Notes: generated by a model from the letters alone, not told the origin. Shown: positions 11,537 to 25,046, counted from the first letter of the stretch. The stretch: DNA of 50,404 bases from Octopus sinensis (GCF_006345805.1 NW_021834297.1:1-50404), one strand, 5' to 3'. Made by a program: numbers and translations.

Positions 11537-11875
11537 GAGGAGGAGACCCCCCGCCATCGTTCATGACTGAACATGGGATTGCACGTATAAAGTTACCCTC
11601 CTAGGCACAAGTCCGGGCAAGGTTGTTTATGGAAGACCAGCACTCGCCCATGCATACCAGCCTCCCCTCTCCACGCCACCGATATTATCCAAGGGAAAGG
11701 TAAAGGGGCCGATACAGCTTGGCACCAGTGATGTTGCAACTCATTTCTACAGCTGAGTGAACTGGAGTAACATGAAATGAAGTGTGTTGCTTAAGACCAC
11801 CACACGCAGCTCGGTCCGGGAATCGAAATCACAAAATCAAGATCGTAAGCTTGACGCTCTAACTATGCGGATTGC
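11535..11875 (-). mobile_element. SINE related to family 3 with a different 3' tail
   Basis: Shares the head and CORE-like region with 8385-8615; the 3' portion is unrelated and ends beside (AT)n. Confidence 0.65.
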
Positions 11876-12289
11876 AAGCTTCTAAACACATGGCAATGTT
11901 TGGGTATCGAGTCGAGTTTATAGACACGAGAACTTATTTTTAAGCCTTCTTAATATACCATCGGCTATTTTGCTGAAACGCTATGTTAGGGAGAAGAAGA
12001 CAATATGTCTAGCGGATGATAACTTGGCTGCGGATGGACAGAGACACACGCACACATGCAGACACACATACATACTCTCTCACACACACACTCACAATTA
12101 TATATGGTTTTATTTAATAGAGGTAATTAATGACACTGAGGGTGCTAATCAATTTTGTAACACATATGCTTAAACTCGCAATGTGCAAATTGCCAGTATG
12201 CCACCTAAATTATATATGTGTGTGTGTGTGAGACTCTCTGTGCGAGTGTGTGTGGCTCTGTGTGTGTGAGTGAGTCTGTGTGTATATAT

Positions 12290-12478
12290 ACATATATTCA
12301 ACAAGCTCCTTTCAGTTTTCAGTTACCAAAACCACTCAACAGTTTATTTTTCACCGCCAGACCAAACCCACTCGATCAAGGCTATAGAAGACACTAACCC
12401 AAGTGACCAAGCAGCGGGATTGAACCCCCAGCGATGTGGTTGGGAAGCAAGCTTCTTATCACACAGCCACACCTGCAA
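12290..12478 (-). mobile_element. Diverged family-1 SINE relic (co-duplicated with 17440-17560)
   Basis: Shared non-consensus bases cagcgggattgaaccc...gttgggaagcaagc. Confidence 0.7.
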
Positions 12479-12519
12479 ATAATTTCTTTATATGTAATAT
12501 CACACTGACTTGTATGTAT

Positions 12520-13090
12520 TTGTGGGAGAGGGAGGGTAAAAGTGAAATCTATAGAGAGGTAGTGAGAGAAGAAAGAGACACAGAAGCAAAGAGAGAGAGA
12601 AAAGGAGGGAAATCGAAAGAAACAAAGAGAGGGAAGGAAACAGAAAAAGTGAGGGAACGAAAGATAGATAGAAACAAAGGAAAAAGGGAGAGAGGTGAGG
12701 ATAGAAGGAGAGAAAGACAGAAAGAAATACACAGAGAGAGGGAGAGGGAAGGAGACGAACGGAGAGAGAGAGAAAAGACAGAATCAAAGCGAAAGAGACA
12801 AAAAGATGAGAGAGAAGGAGAGGGTGAGAGAGAGAAAAAGATGGACAGAAACAAAAGTTGAGAGACAAGGGAGTGGGAGGGTGTGCGATAGAGAGAGGGA
12901 GAAAAAGTCAGACAGAAACAAAGGGAGTGAGAGGCACAGAGAAAGAGTGAGAGAAAAGGACAGAAAGAAACAAATGGAGAAAGAGAGTGAAAAATGGGAG
13001 AGAAGGAGAAGGAAAAGAGACAGAGAATGAAAGTGAGAGAAAAGAGAGAGTGGGAGAATGAGGAAGGGTGAGAGAGAGAGAGAGAGAGAC
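12520..13090. repeat. GA-rich polypurine tract (related tracts at 17610-17790 and 18590-18990)
   Basis: Cryptic (GA)n; each tract is preceded by the motif AATATCACACTGACTTGTAT. Confidence 0.9.
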
Positions 13091-13269
13091 CGCCTGTGCG
13101 CTTTACTGCGTACAATGTGTATATTCATGTGGGTAGATATATTTTCATAGTAAAAAAAAATGAAATTTTTAAACATAGATTTATTAAATTCAGGCAGGTA
13201 AATTATCATAAAAGTTTAACAACGACACATTTTGGCTGGCTCAACACTGAGCAGAAAGTCCGGTCTCAC

Positions 13270-16200
13270 GGTAGGCAAATGGTGACGTATTTATTTCGCA
13301 GTCATCAAACTATGTCCGTCCACATAGCTACGGCCGAATTTGGAATTTAGTCAGCTGCCCTCCTATTGTTTAAGGCCTGTCCCTCGGACACATAAGCTCC
13401 CACAATCTAACAGGTAAACACACACTCTCACTCACACACATACACACCCTCGGGAGTATGTGCGTGTCACGCTAATAACAAGTAGGAACGAATTATTTTC
13501 ATTCAGACTCGAAAGCCTTTCAAATCGGTGTTTTCCATAATTCTCCTCTTTCAAAGGGTATTTAGATACAGAACAGGCCGAAGGAATACCGGTCAAACAA
13601 TAGTCTTTAAAGGGATAGCCAAATGGTGACGTGTTTACTTCGCAGTCATCAAACTATGTTCGTCCACATACCTACGGCCGACTTTTAAGCAGCTCCCCTC
13701 CTATTGTTTAACGCCTATCCCTTCGGCCAGTTCGGTACCTCAATACACATAAGCTCCCACAATCTAACAGGTAAGCAAACACACCTAACACACACACACA
13801 TACACAATCTCGGGAGTATGTGCGTGTCAGGCTAATAACAAATAGGAACGAATTATTTTCATTCAGACTCGAAAGCCTTTCAAATCGGTGTTTTCCATAA
13901 TTCTCCTCTTTCAAAGGGTACTTAGATAGAGAACTGACCGAAGGGATAGTGGTCAAACAATAGTCTTTAAACGGGGTAGCCAAATGGTGACGTGTTTACT
14001 TCGCAGTCATCAAATTATGTCCGTCCACATACCTACGGCCGAAATTGAAAGTTTGTCAGCTTCCCCCCCTATTGTTTAATGTCTATCCCTCGGCCAGCTC
14101 CCACAATCTAACAGGTAAACAAACACACCTAACACACACACACTCACTCACACACATACACACTCTCGGGAGTATGTGCGTGTCAAGCTAATAACAAATA
14201 GGAACGAATTATTTTCATTCAGACTCGAAAGCCTTTCAAATCGGTGTTTTCCATAATTCTCCTCTTTCAAAGGGTACTTAGATACAGAACAGGCCGAAGG
14301 AATACCGGTCAAACAATAGTCTTTAAAGGGATAGCCAAATGGTGACGTGTTTACTTCGCAGTCATCAAACTATGTTCGTCCACATACCTACGGCCGACTT
14401 TTAAGCAGCTCCCCTCCTATTGTTTAACGCCTATCCCTTCGGCCAGTTCGGTACCTCAATACACATAAGCTCCCACAATCTAACAGGTAAGCAAACACAC
14501 CTAGCACACACACACATACACACTCTCGGGAGTATGTGCGTGTCAGGCTAATAACAAATAGGAACGAATTATTTTCATTCAGACTCGAAAGCCTTTCAAA
14601 TCGGTGTTTTCCATAATTCTCCTCTTTCAAAGGGTACTTAGATACAGAACTGACCGAAGGGATAGTGGTCAAACAATAGTCTTTAAACGGGGTAGCCAAA
14701 TGGTGACGTGTTTACTTCGCAGTCATCAAATTATGTCCGTCCACATACCTACGGCCGAAATTGAAAGTTTGTCAGCTTCCCCCCCTATTGTTTAATGTCT
14801 ATCCCTCGGCCAGCTCCCACAATCTAACAGGTAAACAAACACACCTAACACACACTCACTCACTCACACACATACACACTCTCGGGAGTATGTGCGTGTC
14901 AAGCTAATAACAAATAGGAACGAATTATTTTCATTCAGACTCGAAAGCCTTTCAAATCGGTGTTTTCCATAATTCTCCTCTTTCAAAGGGTACTTACAAA
15001 CAGAACTGGTTGAAGGGATACTGGTCAAACAATAGTCTTTAAACGGGATAGCCAAATGGTGACGTGTTTACTTCGCAGTCATTAAACTATGTTCGCCCAC
15101 ATACCTACGGCCGACTTTTAAGCAGCTCCCCTCCTATTGTTTAACGCCTATCCCTTCGGCCAGCTCGGTACCTCAATACACATAAGCTCCCACAATCTAA
15201 CAGGTAAGCAAACACACCTAACACACACACTCTCACTCACACACATACACACCCTCGGGAGTATGTGCGTGTCAGGCTAATAACAAATAGGAACGAATTA
15301 TTTTCAGTCAGACTCGAAAGCCTTTCAAATCGGTGTTTTCCATAATTCTCCTCTTTCAAAGGGTACTTAGATACAGAACTGACCGAAGGGATAGTGGTCA
15401 AACAAAAGTCTTTAAACGGGGTAGCCGAATGGTGACGTGTTTACTTCGCAGTCATCAAACTATGTCCGTCCACATAGCTACGGCCGAAATTGAAAGTTAG
15501 TCAGCTGCCCCCCTATTGTTTAATGTCTATCCCTCGGCCAGCTCCCACAATCTAACAGGTAAACAAACACACCTAACACACACACTCACTCATACACATA
15601 CACACTCTCGGGAGTATGTGCGCGTCACGCTAATAACAAATGGGAACGAATTATTTTCATTCAGACTCGAAAGCCTTTCAAATCGGTGTTTTCCATAATT
15701 CTCCTCTTTCAAAGGGTACTTAAAAACCGAACTGGCCGAAGGGATAGTGGTCAAACAATAGTCTTTAAACGGGGTAGCCGAATGGTGACGTGTTTACTTC
15801 GCAGTCATCAAACTATGTCCGTCCACATAGCTACGGCCGAAATTGAAAGGTAGTCAGCTGCCCCCCTATTGTTTAATGTCTATCCCTCGGCCAGCTCCCA
15901 CAATCTAACAGGTAAACAAACACACCTAACACACACACTCACTCATACACATACACACTCTCGGGAGTATGTGCGCGTCACGCTAATAACAAAGGGGAAC
16001 GAATTATTTTCATTCAGACTCGAAAGCCTTTCAAATCGGTGTTTTCCATAATTCTCCTCTTTCAAAGGGTACCTAGATACTGAACTGGCCAAAGGGATAG
16101 TGGTCAAACAATAGTCTTTAAACGGGGTAGCCAAATGGTGACGTGTTTACTTCGCAGTCATCAAACTATGTCCGTCCACATAGCTACGGCCGAATTTGAA

Positions 16201-16410
16201 GCAGCTACCCTCTTATTGTTTAACGCCTATCCCTTCGGCCAGTTCGGTACCTCAAAACACTTTCAGAGAAGAGAATTATAGAAACCAACAATTTGAAAGT
16301 CTTTCGAGCCTGAATAAAAATAATTCGTTCGCGCTCCCAAGGGTGTGTATGTGTGTGATTGTGTATGTGTGTTTGTTTGCCTATTAGATTGCGGGAGCTG
16401 ATGCGTTTCT
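13270..16410. repeat. Tandem array of ~355-bp units (8 periods of 344-373 bp), partly a 716-bp dimer
   Basis: GGTGACG marker at 13281, 13625, 13986, 14341, 14702, 15058, 15431, 15784 and 16137; near-identical track ORFs at 13708 and 14424 lie 716 bp apart. Confidence 0.95.
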
Positions 16411-16611
16411 TGGTATGTAATTTATATTTTCATTAAACCAGTACGGGTTCAATCCCTCTCTACAGTAAAGACTAACACCATTTGAATCGATGCTCCAGCA
16501 TGGTCGATCTCAAATGACTGAAGCAAATAAAGGACTAAAAGAATACTATGTGTGTGTACATGTGTCTGCGTCTGGAGGTACATTTGTGTATTTGTGAAAG
16601 TATATATATAT

Positions 16612-16998
16612 AGGAGTGGCTGTGTGGTAAGAAGCTTGCTAACCAACCACATGGTTCCGGGTTCAGTCCCACTGCGTGGCATGTTGGGCAAGTGTCTTCT
16701 TCTATAACCCCGGGCTAACCAATGCCTTGTGAGTGGATTTGGTAGACGGAAGCTGAAAGAAGCCTGTCGTATATATGTATATATACATATATGTATGTGT
16801 GTCTGTGTTTGTCCCCCTAGCATTGCTTGACAACCGATGCTGGTGTGTTTACGTCCCCGTCACTTAGCGATTCGGCAAAAGAGACCGATAGTATAATTAC
16901 TGGGCTTACAAACAATATGTCCCGGGGTCGATTTGCTCGACTAAATGCGGTGCTGCAGCATGGCCACAGTCAAATAACTGAAACAAGTAAAAGAGTAA
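16612..16998 (+). mobile_element. Full-length family-1 SINE, followed by a diverged copy at 17020-17390
   Basis: Matches 4831-5243. Confidence 0.9.
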
Positions 16999-17974
16999 AA
17001 TAACATATATATATATATATATGATATGAAGCCTGCTTCACTACCATGTGGACCCTGGTTCAGTCCCACTGCGTGTCACATTGTTTAAATGTCTTTCCCT
17101 ATACCTTCAGATTGACTACGTAGATATAGTAAGCGGAAACTAAAGAAAGCCCTTCGTGGGCAAATAAGTATGTATTTACGTGTGCCGATTTCCGTCTACC
17201 CGCACACGCTTTGCAGCCGATGCTGGTGTATTTATTTCCCCCGTAACTTAGCGGTACAGCAAGAAAATACCGTTAGAATATGTACAAGGATTACAAAAAT
17301 AAATCCTGGCGATATTTTCATCGACTACAAATCAACAACGCGGTGCTCCAGCATGGCCACAATCAAATGGCTGAAACAAGTAAATCAAGAAAAGTGTATG
17401 TGTATATACATCTCCAATTTCTCTCTCTCTCGCTCGATCAAGTCTATAGCTGATCGAGGCTATAGTAGAAGACACGAGCCGCCCAAGTGATCCAGCAGCG
17501 GGATTGAACCCGTAGCAATGTAGTTGGGAAGCAAGCGTAATACCACACAGCCACATCTGTAAATAAATGTGTTATGTGTAATATCACACTGACTTGTATG
17601 TATTAGTGGGAGTGGGAGGAAAAGAGGGAAAGAGATAGAGTGGGAGTGGGACAGAGAGAGAGAGAGAAAAAGACGCAGAGAGACAGCAACAATTGCTGAG
17701 AGAGGTAAAAAGGGAGAAATAGTGAGAGAGAGAGAGAGTAAACAGACAGAAAAAGAAAGGGGGAGGGGAAAATTTGTGAGGGTGAGAGAGATATATATGT
17801 ATTATCTGTAGGAAATTTTACTTTTCTCAACTCAATCGGGGTTCAATCCCTCCGTGCGGCAATGGTAGGAAGGTTTCTTCTCATTTAAATGAAATTTAGC
17901 CAATATTTGCAAATGAGAAAGGAGAGAACTGTGTCGTAGTCTGCGTCGAATATTTTTGGTGCCAATATCATAAA

Positions 17975-18190
17975 GGCGGCGAGCTGGCAGAAACGTTAGC
18001 ACGCCGGACGAAATGCTTTGCGGTATTTCGTCTGCCGCTGCGTTCTGAGTTCAAATTCCGCCGAGGTCGACTTTGCCTTTCATCCTTTCGGGGTCGGTAA
18101 ATTAAGTACCAGTTACGCACTGGGGTCGATATAATCGACTTAATCCGTTTGTCTGTCCTTGTTTGTCCCCTCTGTGTTTGGCCCCTTGTG
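17975..18190 (+). mobile_element. Full-length family-2 SINE (MetaSINE-like core)
   Basis: tRNA-like head GGCGAGCTGGCAGAA...GAGTTCAAATTCC; the core GCCTTTCATCCTTTCGGGGTCGGTAAATTAAGTACCAG resembles the MetaSINE/Sauria-SINE domain as I recall it. Confidence 0.85.
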
Positions 18191-19094
18191 GGTAGTAAAG
18201 AAATAAAAAAAAATATCATAATGTTTTCATTAAAAAGATAAATAACAATAGTTCATATTTATTTCCTATCTGTTACTTAGCGGTTCAGCAGATGGCTTGA
18301 TATACTAAGATGCTGATAACATTAAAAAGAAATATTACAGTAAAAGTCCGTATATTCATACGTAGGGAAAAGAATTAGAAACCAAAGTAGGAAACGAACA
18401 CACGCATAGACAAAAGTCAAACATACACACACACTTACACTCACACACACGCACACACAGACAGACTCATATATATATATATGTGTGTGTTTGTGTGTGT
18501 GTGTGTGTTCGTGTGTGTGTATTCGTGTGTGCGCACTGCAAAGAATTCCTTTATAAGTAATATCACACTGACTTGTATAAGTTTGTGAAAGAAAGAGGGA
18601 ATGAAAGGGAGAGACAGACGGACAGAAACAATGGGGAAGAGATAGGGGCAAAAGGCAGAGAGAGAGAGAATGTACATTTTTCAGGGTACGATGTGTAATT
18701 CCTTTTGGGTATATATATTTTCAGAGAGAAGCAATATGGGAGGGAGGAAAAAGGAAGGAGAGAAAGAGGGAGATAGAGAGTGAGATGAAAACAGACATAA
18801 AAACGCGAGAGAGACTGAAAGAAGTAGTGAGTGGTAGAGAGAGAGAGAGAGACAGAAACAAAGAGAGGGAGAGGGGAAAGGACACAGGGTGGGAGTGAAA
18901 GAGAGAGGGAAAATGACCGGCAGAAACAATGGGAAAGAGAGGGAAAAGAGGAAGATGGGGAAAAGGAAAAGGTGAGAGTGAGAGAGACAGCTTGGGTATA
19001 TTTCAGGGTATGATGTGTATATTGATGTGGGTAGATATATTTTCAGCGTAAAATGAAACTGAATTTTTTGAACAAAGTGTAATTAAAATATTTT

Positions 19095-19400
19095 AATTAA
19101 GGCAGGTAAAATATCATTTTAATTTATTAAGGTAAAATAGCACAGATGCTTCACAATGACACATTTGACTGACTCAACACTGGAACCATGTCCGGCCACG
19201 TAGATACGGCCAAAGTCTAAACGATGGCAGCTGCCATTCTATTGTTTAACGACTGTCTCTTCGGCCAGTTCAGTAGCTAGAGAGAACTTCAAAGCGGTGA
19301 CTTACGGAAAACACCAATACAAAAGGCTTTCGATTCTGATTCAAAACAATTCGTTTCCATTTAATATTAGCATGTGTGTGTATGTGTGTAAGTGAATGTG
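19095..19400. repeat. Diverged single copy of the 355-bp array unit, with the internal segment in the opposite orientation
   Basis: aggcaggtaa...tacggccaaag...ctattgtttaacg...ttcggccagttc is direct; 19275-19340 is the reverse complement of the array's ggaacgaattattttcattcagactcgaaagcc segment. Confidence 0.75.
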
Positions 19401-20669
19401 TGTGTGTACGTGTGATTGTTCAAAAAGTTGGGTTTGATTCTATTTAGTTTGTGATTTCATCAACACCGTACTGGTTTAATCCCTCCATACCGCATCTTTT
19501 CGAAAGTGCCTTTTTCTCTATATCAATTTTGGTATATATGAGTTTCAACGAAATAAACTTTGAATTAAAATGCTCAATCGTTCTTACATACACAGACGTA
19601 TATATATACATACATGCACACATACACATACATATATATGCATATATATATATATATATACCTACTCACACATAAACATATATGTATTTGAACGTATATA
19701 TATATATATATAATTTGATATATACACATATGAACACACATTCATGTGTGCGCCTGGATATACATTTTTATATATATATATATATACGTAAACAATTGCA
19801 GCGTGGAGGTGTTTATAAGCCATTTAGGAAACACACAAAAACCGTTAGATTCACTTCAGCATATAAATATAATTTATCAAAATATTTTTGTCGCTTTGAG
19901 ATGGAGTCCTGTTCACTGACAAAATTCCGTGTTAAAGTGAATCTATCGATCTTTGTGTGTCTTTAAATGGCTTATATACACCTTCTACGCTGAAATTGTT
20001 TTCATTCAAACACATGAACTCAGATCAGGTCACTTGTTCTGCAAGTATATATACATATATATATATATCTTATATACATATATCTTGATATGCAAGTATA
20101 TATTCATATATATATATATATATATATATATAAGTGTGTGTATATTCATATATGTATGTATGTATGTGTATATATATGTGTGTGTGTGTGAATGTAAACA
20201 CGCATATATAGACAGGGAGGGAAAGAGAGAGAGAAAGAGATAGCTAGAACAATGCTTGTGAATGTTTGTATGTGTGTGTGTGTTTATATACAAATATATA
20301 TGTATGTATATATATATGTGTGTGTGTGAATGTAAACAAGCATATATAGAGAGGGCGGAGGAGAGAGAGAAAGAGATAGCTAGAACAACGCTTGTGAATG
20401 TTTGTATGTGTTTGTGTTTGTGTGTGTGTATGTATCTGCGTGTTCGTGTGAATGTGATCTATATATGTAATTCTAAATTTTTTGTATATTGCCAATCTTC
20501 CAGGATACATGAAATCATGCAGGAATTCTATATCACAGTTTTCTCCTAATTTATCTAATTACATTCCATAAAAATATGATCACCAGAATACCGAGGCAGA
20601 CGTCGGTAATCTGCTAATTGCATGGCGGATAAAAGTTTTCAGGAAACAAAGAAGTCAATGACAGGAAAG

Positions 20670-20730
20670 ATGCTTCATCTTGAATCCCATGGAAGTCTTT
20701 CAGTCCTACATGGAATGGAAGGAGAGTTAT
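20670..20730 (-). ncRNA. Pre-miRNA-like hairpin, copy 2 (outer stem decayed)
   Basis: ATAACTCTCCTTCCATTCCATG / 17 nt / CATGGGATTCAAGATGAAGCAT; 15 of 22 pair; the closing pair is G-C where other copies have C-G. Confidence 0.4.
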
Positions 20731-20850
20731 TCCGTTTGACGATGCTTCCAACGAACCGACTTTTTCCGCGCGCTTTAAGTGAATACATCTCTGCCATGCA
20801 TCAATACAGTGAAGTATAACTGCACATGCGTTAACGCTATGTGCTTGTTA

Positions 20851-21940
20851 ATATTTATATTATATACATTTATATTATATACATTTATATTATATACATT
20901 TATATTATATACATTTATATTATATACATTTATATTATATACATTTATATTATATACATTTATATTATAACATTTATATTATATCATTTATATTATATAC
21001 ATTTATATTATAACATTTATATTATATACATTTATATTATATACATTTATATTATATACATTTATATTTATACATTTATATTATATACATTTATATTATT
21101 ACATTTATATTATATACATTTATATTATATACATTTATATTATATACATTTAATTATATACATTTATATTATATACATTTATATTATATACATTTATATT
21201 ATATACATTTATATATATACATTTATATTATATACATTTATTATATACATTTATATATATACATTTATATTATATACATTTATATTATATACATTATATT
21301 ATATACATTTATATTATATACATTTATATTATATACATTTATATTATATACATATATTATATACATTTATATTATATACATTTATATTATATACATTTAT
21401 ATTTATACATTTATATTATTACATTTATATTATATACATATATTATATACATTTATATTATATACATTTATATTATATACATTTATATTATATTACATTT
21501 ATATTATATACATTTATATTATATACATTTATATTATATACATTTATATTATATACATTTATATTATATACATTTATATTATTACATTTATATTATATAC
21601 ATTTATATTATATACATTTATATTATATACATTTAATTATATACATTTATATTATATACATTATATTATATACATTTATATTATATACATTTATATTATA
21701 TACATTTATATATATACATTTATATTAATATACATTTATATTATATACATTTATATTATATACATTTATATTATATACATTTATATTATATACATTTATA
21801 TTATATACATTTATATTATATACATTTATATTATATACATTATATTATATACATTTATATTATTACATTTATATTATATACTTTATATTATATACATTTA
21901 TATTATATACATTTATATTATATACATTTATATTATATAC
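20851..21940. repeat. 15-bp AT-rich minisatellite (ATTTATATTATATAC)n, roughly 70 copies
   Basis: Directly visible; explains the FILYT/IYII track ORFs. Confidence 0.95.
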
Positions 21941-22010
21941 ATGTGTGCGTGTGAATGTACATGTATATATGTTGATGCACACACTCACACAAGCACATGA
22001 ATATATATAT

Positions 22011-22398
22011 ACTAGCAGTATCGCCCGGCGTTGCTCAGGTTTGTAAGGGAAATAACTATAAAGCATTTTTAGAGAGTTATAGCCAAAAAATAGCAAAAAA
22101 ATGGAAAAAAAATGATGGTAAATTTTTTTTTGAGAGTAAAAAAAGGTTGAGTTGCGTCCCCTAGACAGTCTGTGGTTTGTTTTTTTAGATTCTCGACCCC
22201 ATGTCGAATTTATCGATTCTTTTCAGAACTGGGGGAACTTTTCAAAATTTTCGCTGCGTTAGTTTTGAATTATGACATTGGGCTATGTGTGTGTCAAGTT
22301 TCATCAGAATCGGTTGAAAGCCGTGGTCAGGGTGAGGGTACGAGAAAACAGACACACAGAAACACGCACAGACAAACTGCCGTTTATATAGAGAGAGA
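22011..22398 (+). mobile_element. Non-autonomous Helitron/Helentron-like element (Lep1/HINE type)
   Basis: Starts ACTAGCAGTATCGCCCGGCGTTGCTC, has an internal AAGTTTCATCAGAATCGG, ends ACAGAC..TTTATATAGAG, and sits in (AT)n. A related 5' end lies on the - strand ending at 33358. Confidence 0.65.
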
Positions 22399-22892
22399 TA
22401 TATGCTTATATAGATAGATACATACATACATACATACATACATGCATACATATGCATGTATCTATCTGTATATATATGTAATTTATACTATATGATATGT
22501 ATATATATATATATATTCATATTAGCATACATACATGTATACATACATATTTACATACATGCATGTAGGCACTCACTCTTTTACTTTCAATCATCCCACG
22601 GCGGACATGCTGGAGCACAACCTTGCAGAGTGTGTGTGTGTGTGTGTGTGTGTGTCCCTGTGCGTGTGTATGTGAATAGGCATGGCTCAGTGGTTAAAGT
22701 AGTATCAGAGCTATATAAATTCTCTGCTGGGACCGCACTGTAAACCTAACAAAATTCACATGTGGTCATCTTTGGAATACGCTAATATATTAGGGCCTAC
22801 GTGACACAAAATGTACTCATATATGCATAAAAGTAGTATGAAAGAGTGAATGTGGGTGTCTCCTCACTGCAAAGCCGTGATTGTTTAGTGTT

Positions 22893-22974
<82 letters not shown>

Positions 22975-22982
<8 letters not shown>

Positions 22983-23460
22983 TAAAAGAGAAAAAAACTT
23001 GCACACGTTGGCTTTCGTAAGGATTCAATGGCACTAGTTGTGCCAGGATCGAGCTGAAAATTGGTGGGGATACTAAAGGCGTAGAGCGGATGGGACCCGC
23101 GATGGATAAAATTTGCAAGCTATAAAGATGTGGTTGCTATGGCAAAAAGAGTGGGGTTTTTTTTCAGCATTCAGAAATAGATGCGTTGTACGGGGAACAA
23201 CTCAATATTTCAATGATTACATTTACAAGTAACGACTGTACATAAATATCAATATTACTTATCTGTTGCGAAATAATATTTGCGTGTCCATGCGTGTGTG
23301 CGTGCGTTAATGAGTGCATATGTGTATGTGCGTGTGTGTGTGTTGTGTGTTTGTGTGTTTGTGCATGTGTGTGCGTGCATATGAGCGCGAGAGTTGGCTG
23401 TTAATTCAATCGAACGTAAAGAAATAAAAAAAGTAGTTAAAAAAGCAAGTTAAAAAGTTT
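22975..23460 (+). mobile_element. Dispersed repeat, probable non-autonomous Helitron-type element (second copy at 32465-32890)
   Basis: The two copies are clearly alignable; both begin TATATAAAAGAG directly after an (AT)n tract. Confidence 0.55.
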
Positions 23461-23734
23461 AAAGGGAGAGATAGAGAAAGATATGTATATATATGTATCT
23501 ATAGATGTTATATATCTACTGCATATATATCTATATATACAAATAAATAAATATGTATAAATATATGTGTGTGTGTATACTCACACATATGTGTATATAT
23601 ATGTATATATCTCTTTACTTATGTATACATATATATGTATATATTCACAAATATACAAAGTCACACATATTTATCACTTTGACTTTGCGATTCTAATACC
23701 CTGATGTAGATTTTATTATAAATTATCTTCAAAG

Positions 23735-24560
23735 TTCATATGTGGGTATCGTTGGAAACCTTTGGAACATATGCTAGTTTATTAAGGCCACTGTGAGCAA
23801 AAGGCTACCCATATTTACATAAAAGTAGGATCAAAATTTGAAAACGGGTATCTCTTCAATGCGAAGCCGTGATTCGTCAGTTTTATCCTATCACGTGAGC
23901 AATAGTCTAACGAACCGCCGAGCGATTGGTGAATATTCCCGCCGTTATCTATTATTGCTATCGACCGTCATCTCAAAGTAGACAGTATAAATACAGGTGA
24001 AGTTTTCTAAATCATTAGTTGTCAGTCAGCCGACGAGAGAAGATAAGCCATCCCGATCATCACCTGCCTTTTTGCTGTCAGTCAGCCGAGGAGAGAAGCT
24101 AACCCAACCCGATCATCACCTGCTTTTTTGCTGTCAGTCACTAATTCGGAGTCATCCAGATCACCGCGTGCTTTTTCGTAAGGAAATCATTCTGTATTCT
24201 AATCTGTGTAAGTGCAATTTTAAAATCTGTTTCATAGTTACTTAAATTATTAATAATAATAATCCAGTTTCCTATATTCTTCTCAGATAATTTCGTCATT
24301 AAGTATATAGCGAAATTTTACATAGCCTCAGTCAATTCTACGAGATATATTTGTAATTTAGCCCCAGATGTTTTTCGATTAGTTGATTTGGACCGGTGAC
24401 AAACCTGACTTCATAAACATATGACATATACGCAGGATCATTGAATGCATTTTCTATGTATTCTGCTAGTAATATAAGATGAGATTTTGAATAATTTTAA
24501 ATGTTATTTCACGTACAATAGTCCCTTCTGTTGAGATTAATTCACTGAATTGTTCTTAAT
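23735..24560 (+). promoter_or_regulatory. Oldest copy of the paralog B promoter/exon-1 unit
   Basis: ATCACGTGAG E-box (CACGTG 23892-23897), TTCCCGCC (23936-23943), TATAAATA (23986-23993) 31 nt before an Inr-like TTAGTT (A at 24017), and donor GTAAGT at 24208. Confidence 0.65.
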
Positions 24561-24679
24561 TAAATACACACCTGCACACAGCTGTCTGTGGAGATATGTC
24601 GTAGTAGGGGAATTAGCAGTTTTGACTGCTATTTCTAAATTTTTGCGGTATGTGGTGAAGCACAAACTTTTATTCGAAA

Positions 24680-24830
24680 ACATAGAGGCGCAGGACTTAT
24701 TCTTTGTTAGCCTAGTACTTATTCTATCGGGCCCTTTTGCCGAGTCGCTAAGTAATGGAGATGTCAACACAACATCGCTTGCCATGCAATGTTGACGCTG
24801 AAATACACAAACACACACATGCACACACAC
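24680..24830 (-). mobile_element. Family-1 SINE fragment
   Basis: Degenerate tail match. Confidence 0.6.
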
Positions 24831-24951
24831 GCGCAAGACAGAGACATTGAAAAAGAGATGTGGATAGATAGATATAGATTCTAGACAGGTAGATACAATG
24901 GTGGATATATAGAGAGAGATGTAAGCTCATATAGAGAGATGTAAGCTCATA

Positions 24952-25000
<49 letters not shown>

Positions 25001-25046
25001 TGTATATATGTTTATATATATATATCTAGGGAGAGAGAGATATGTA

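Noticed and set aside
12498-12520. TATCACACTGACTTGTATG resembling a miR-2 family 5' end
   Set aside because: The seed differs from miR-2 (AUCACAC versus AUCACAG) and no complementary arm is present nearby.
13708-16134. Repeated ORFs beginning MATPFKDYCLTT
   Set aside because: By-products of the tandem unit; they run through (GT)n, their length varies between units, and they have no recognisable motif.
13270-16410. CRISPR-like array or tRNA/snRNA gene cluster
   Set aside because: Whole units are conserved with no unique spacers, the context is eukaryotic, and I could not find a cloverleaf or Sm site.
4831-18190. tRNA-like heads read as tRNA genes
   Set aside because: They have A/B boxes but no complete cloverleaf, and each is attached to a repeated SINE body.
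20841-21728. 295-aa I/Y-rich ORF
   Set aside because: Translation of the 15-bp minisatellite.
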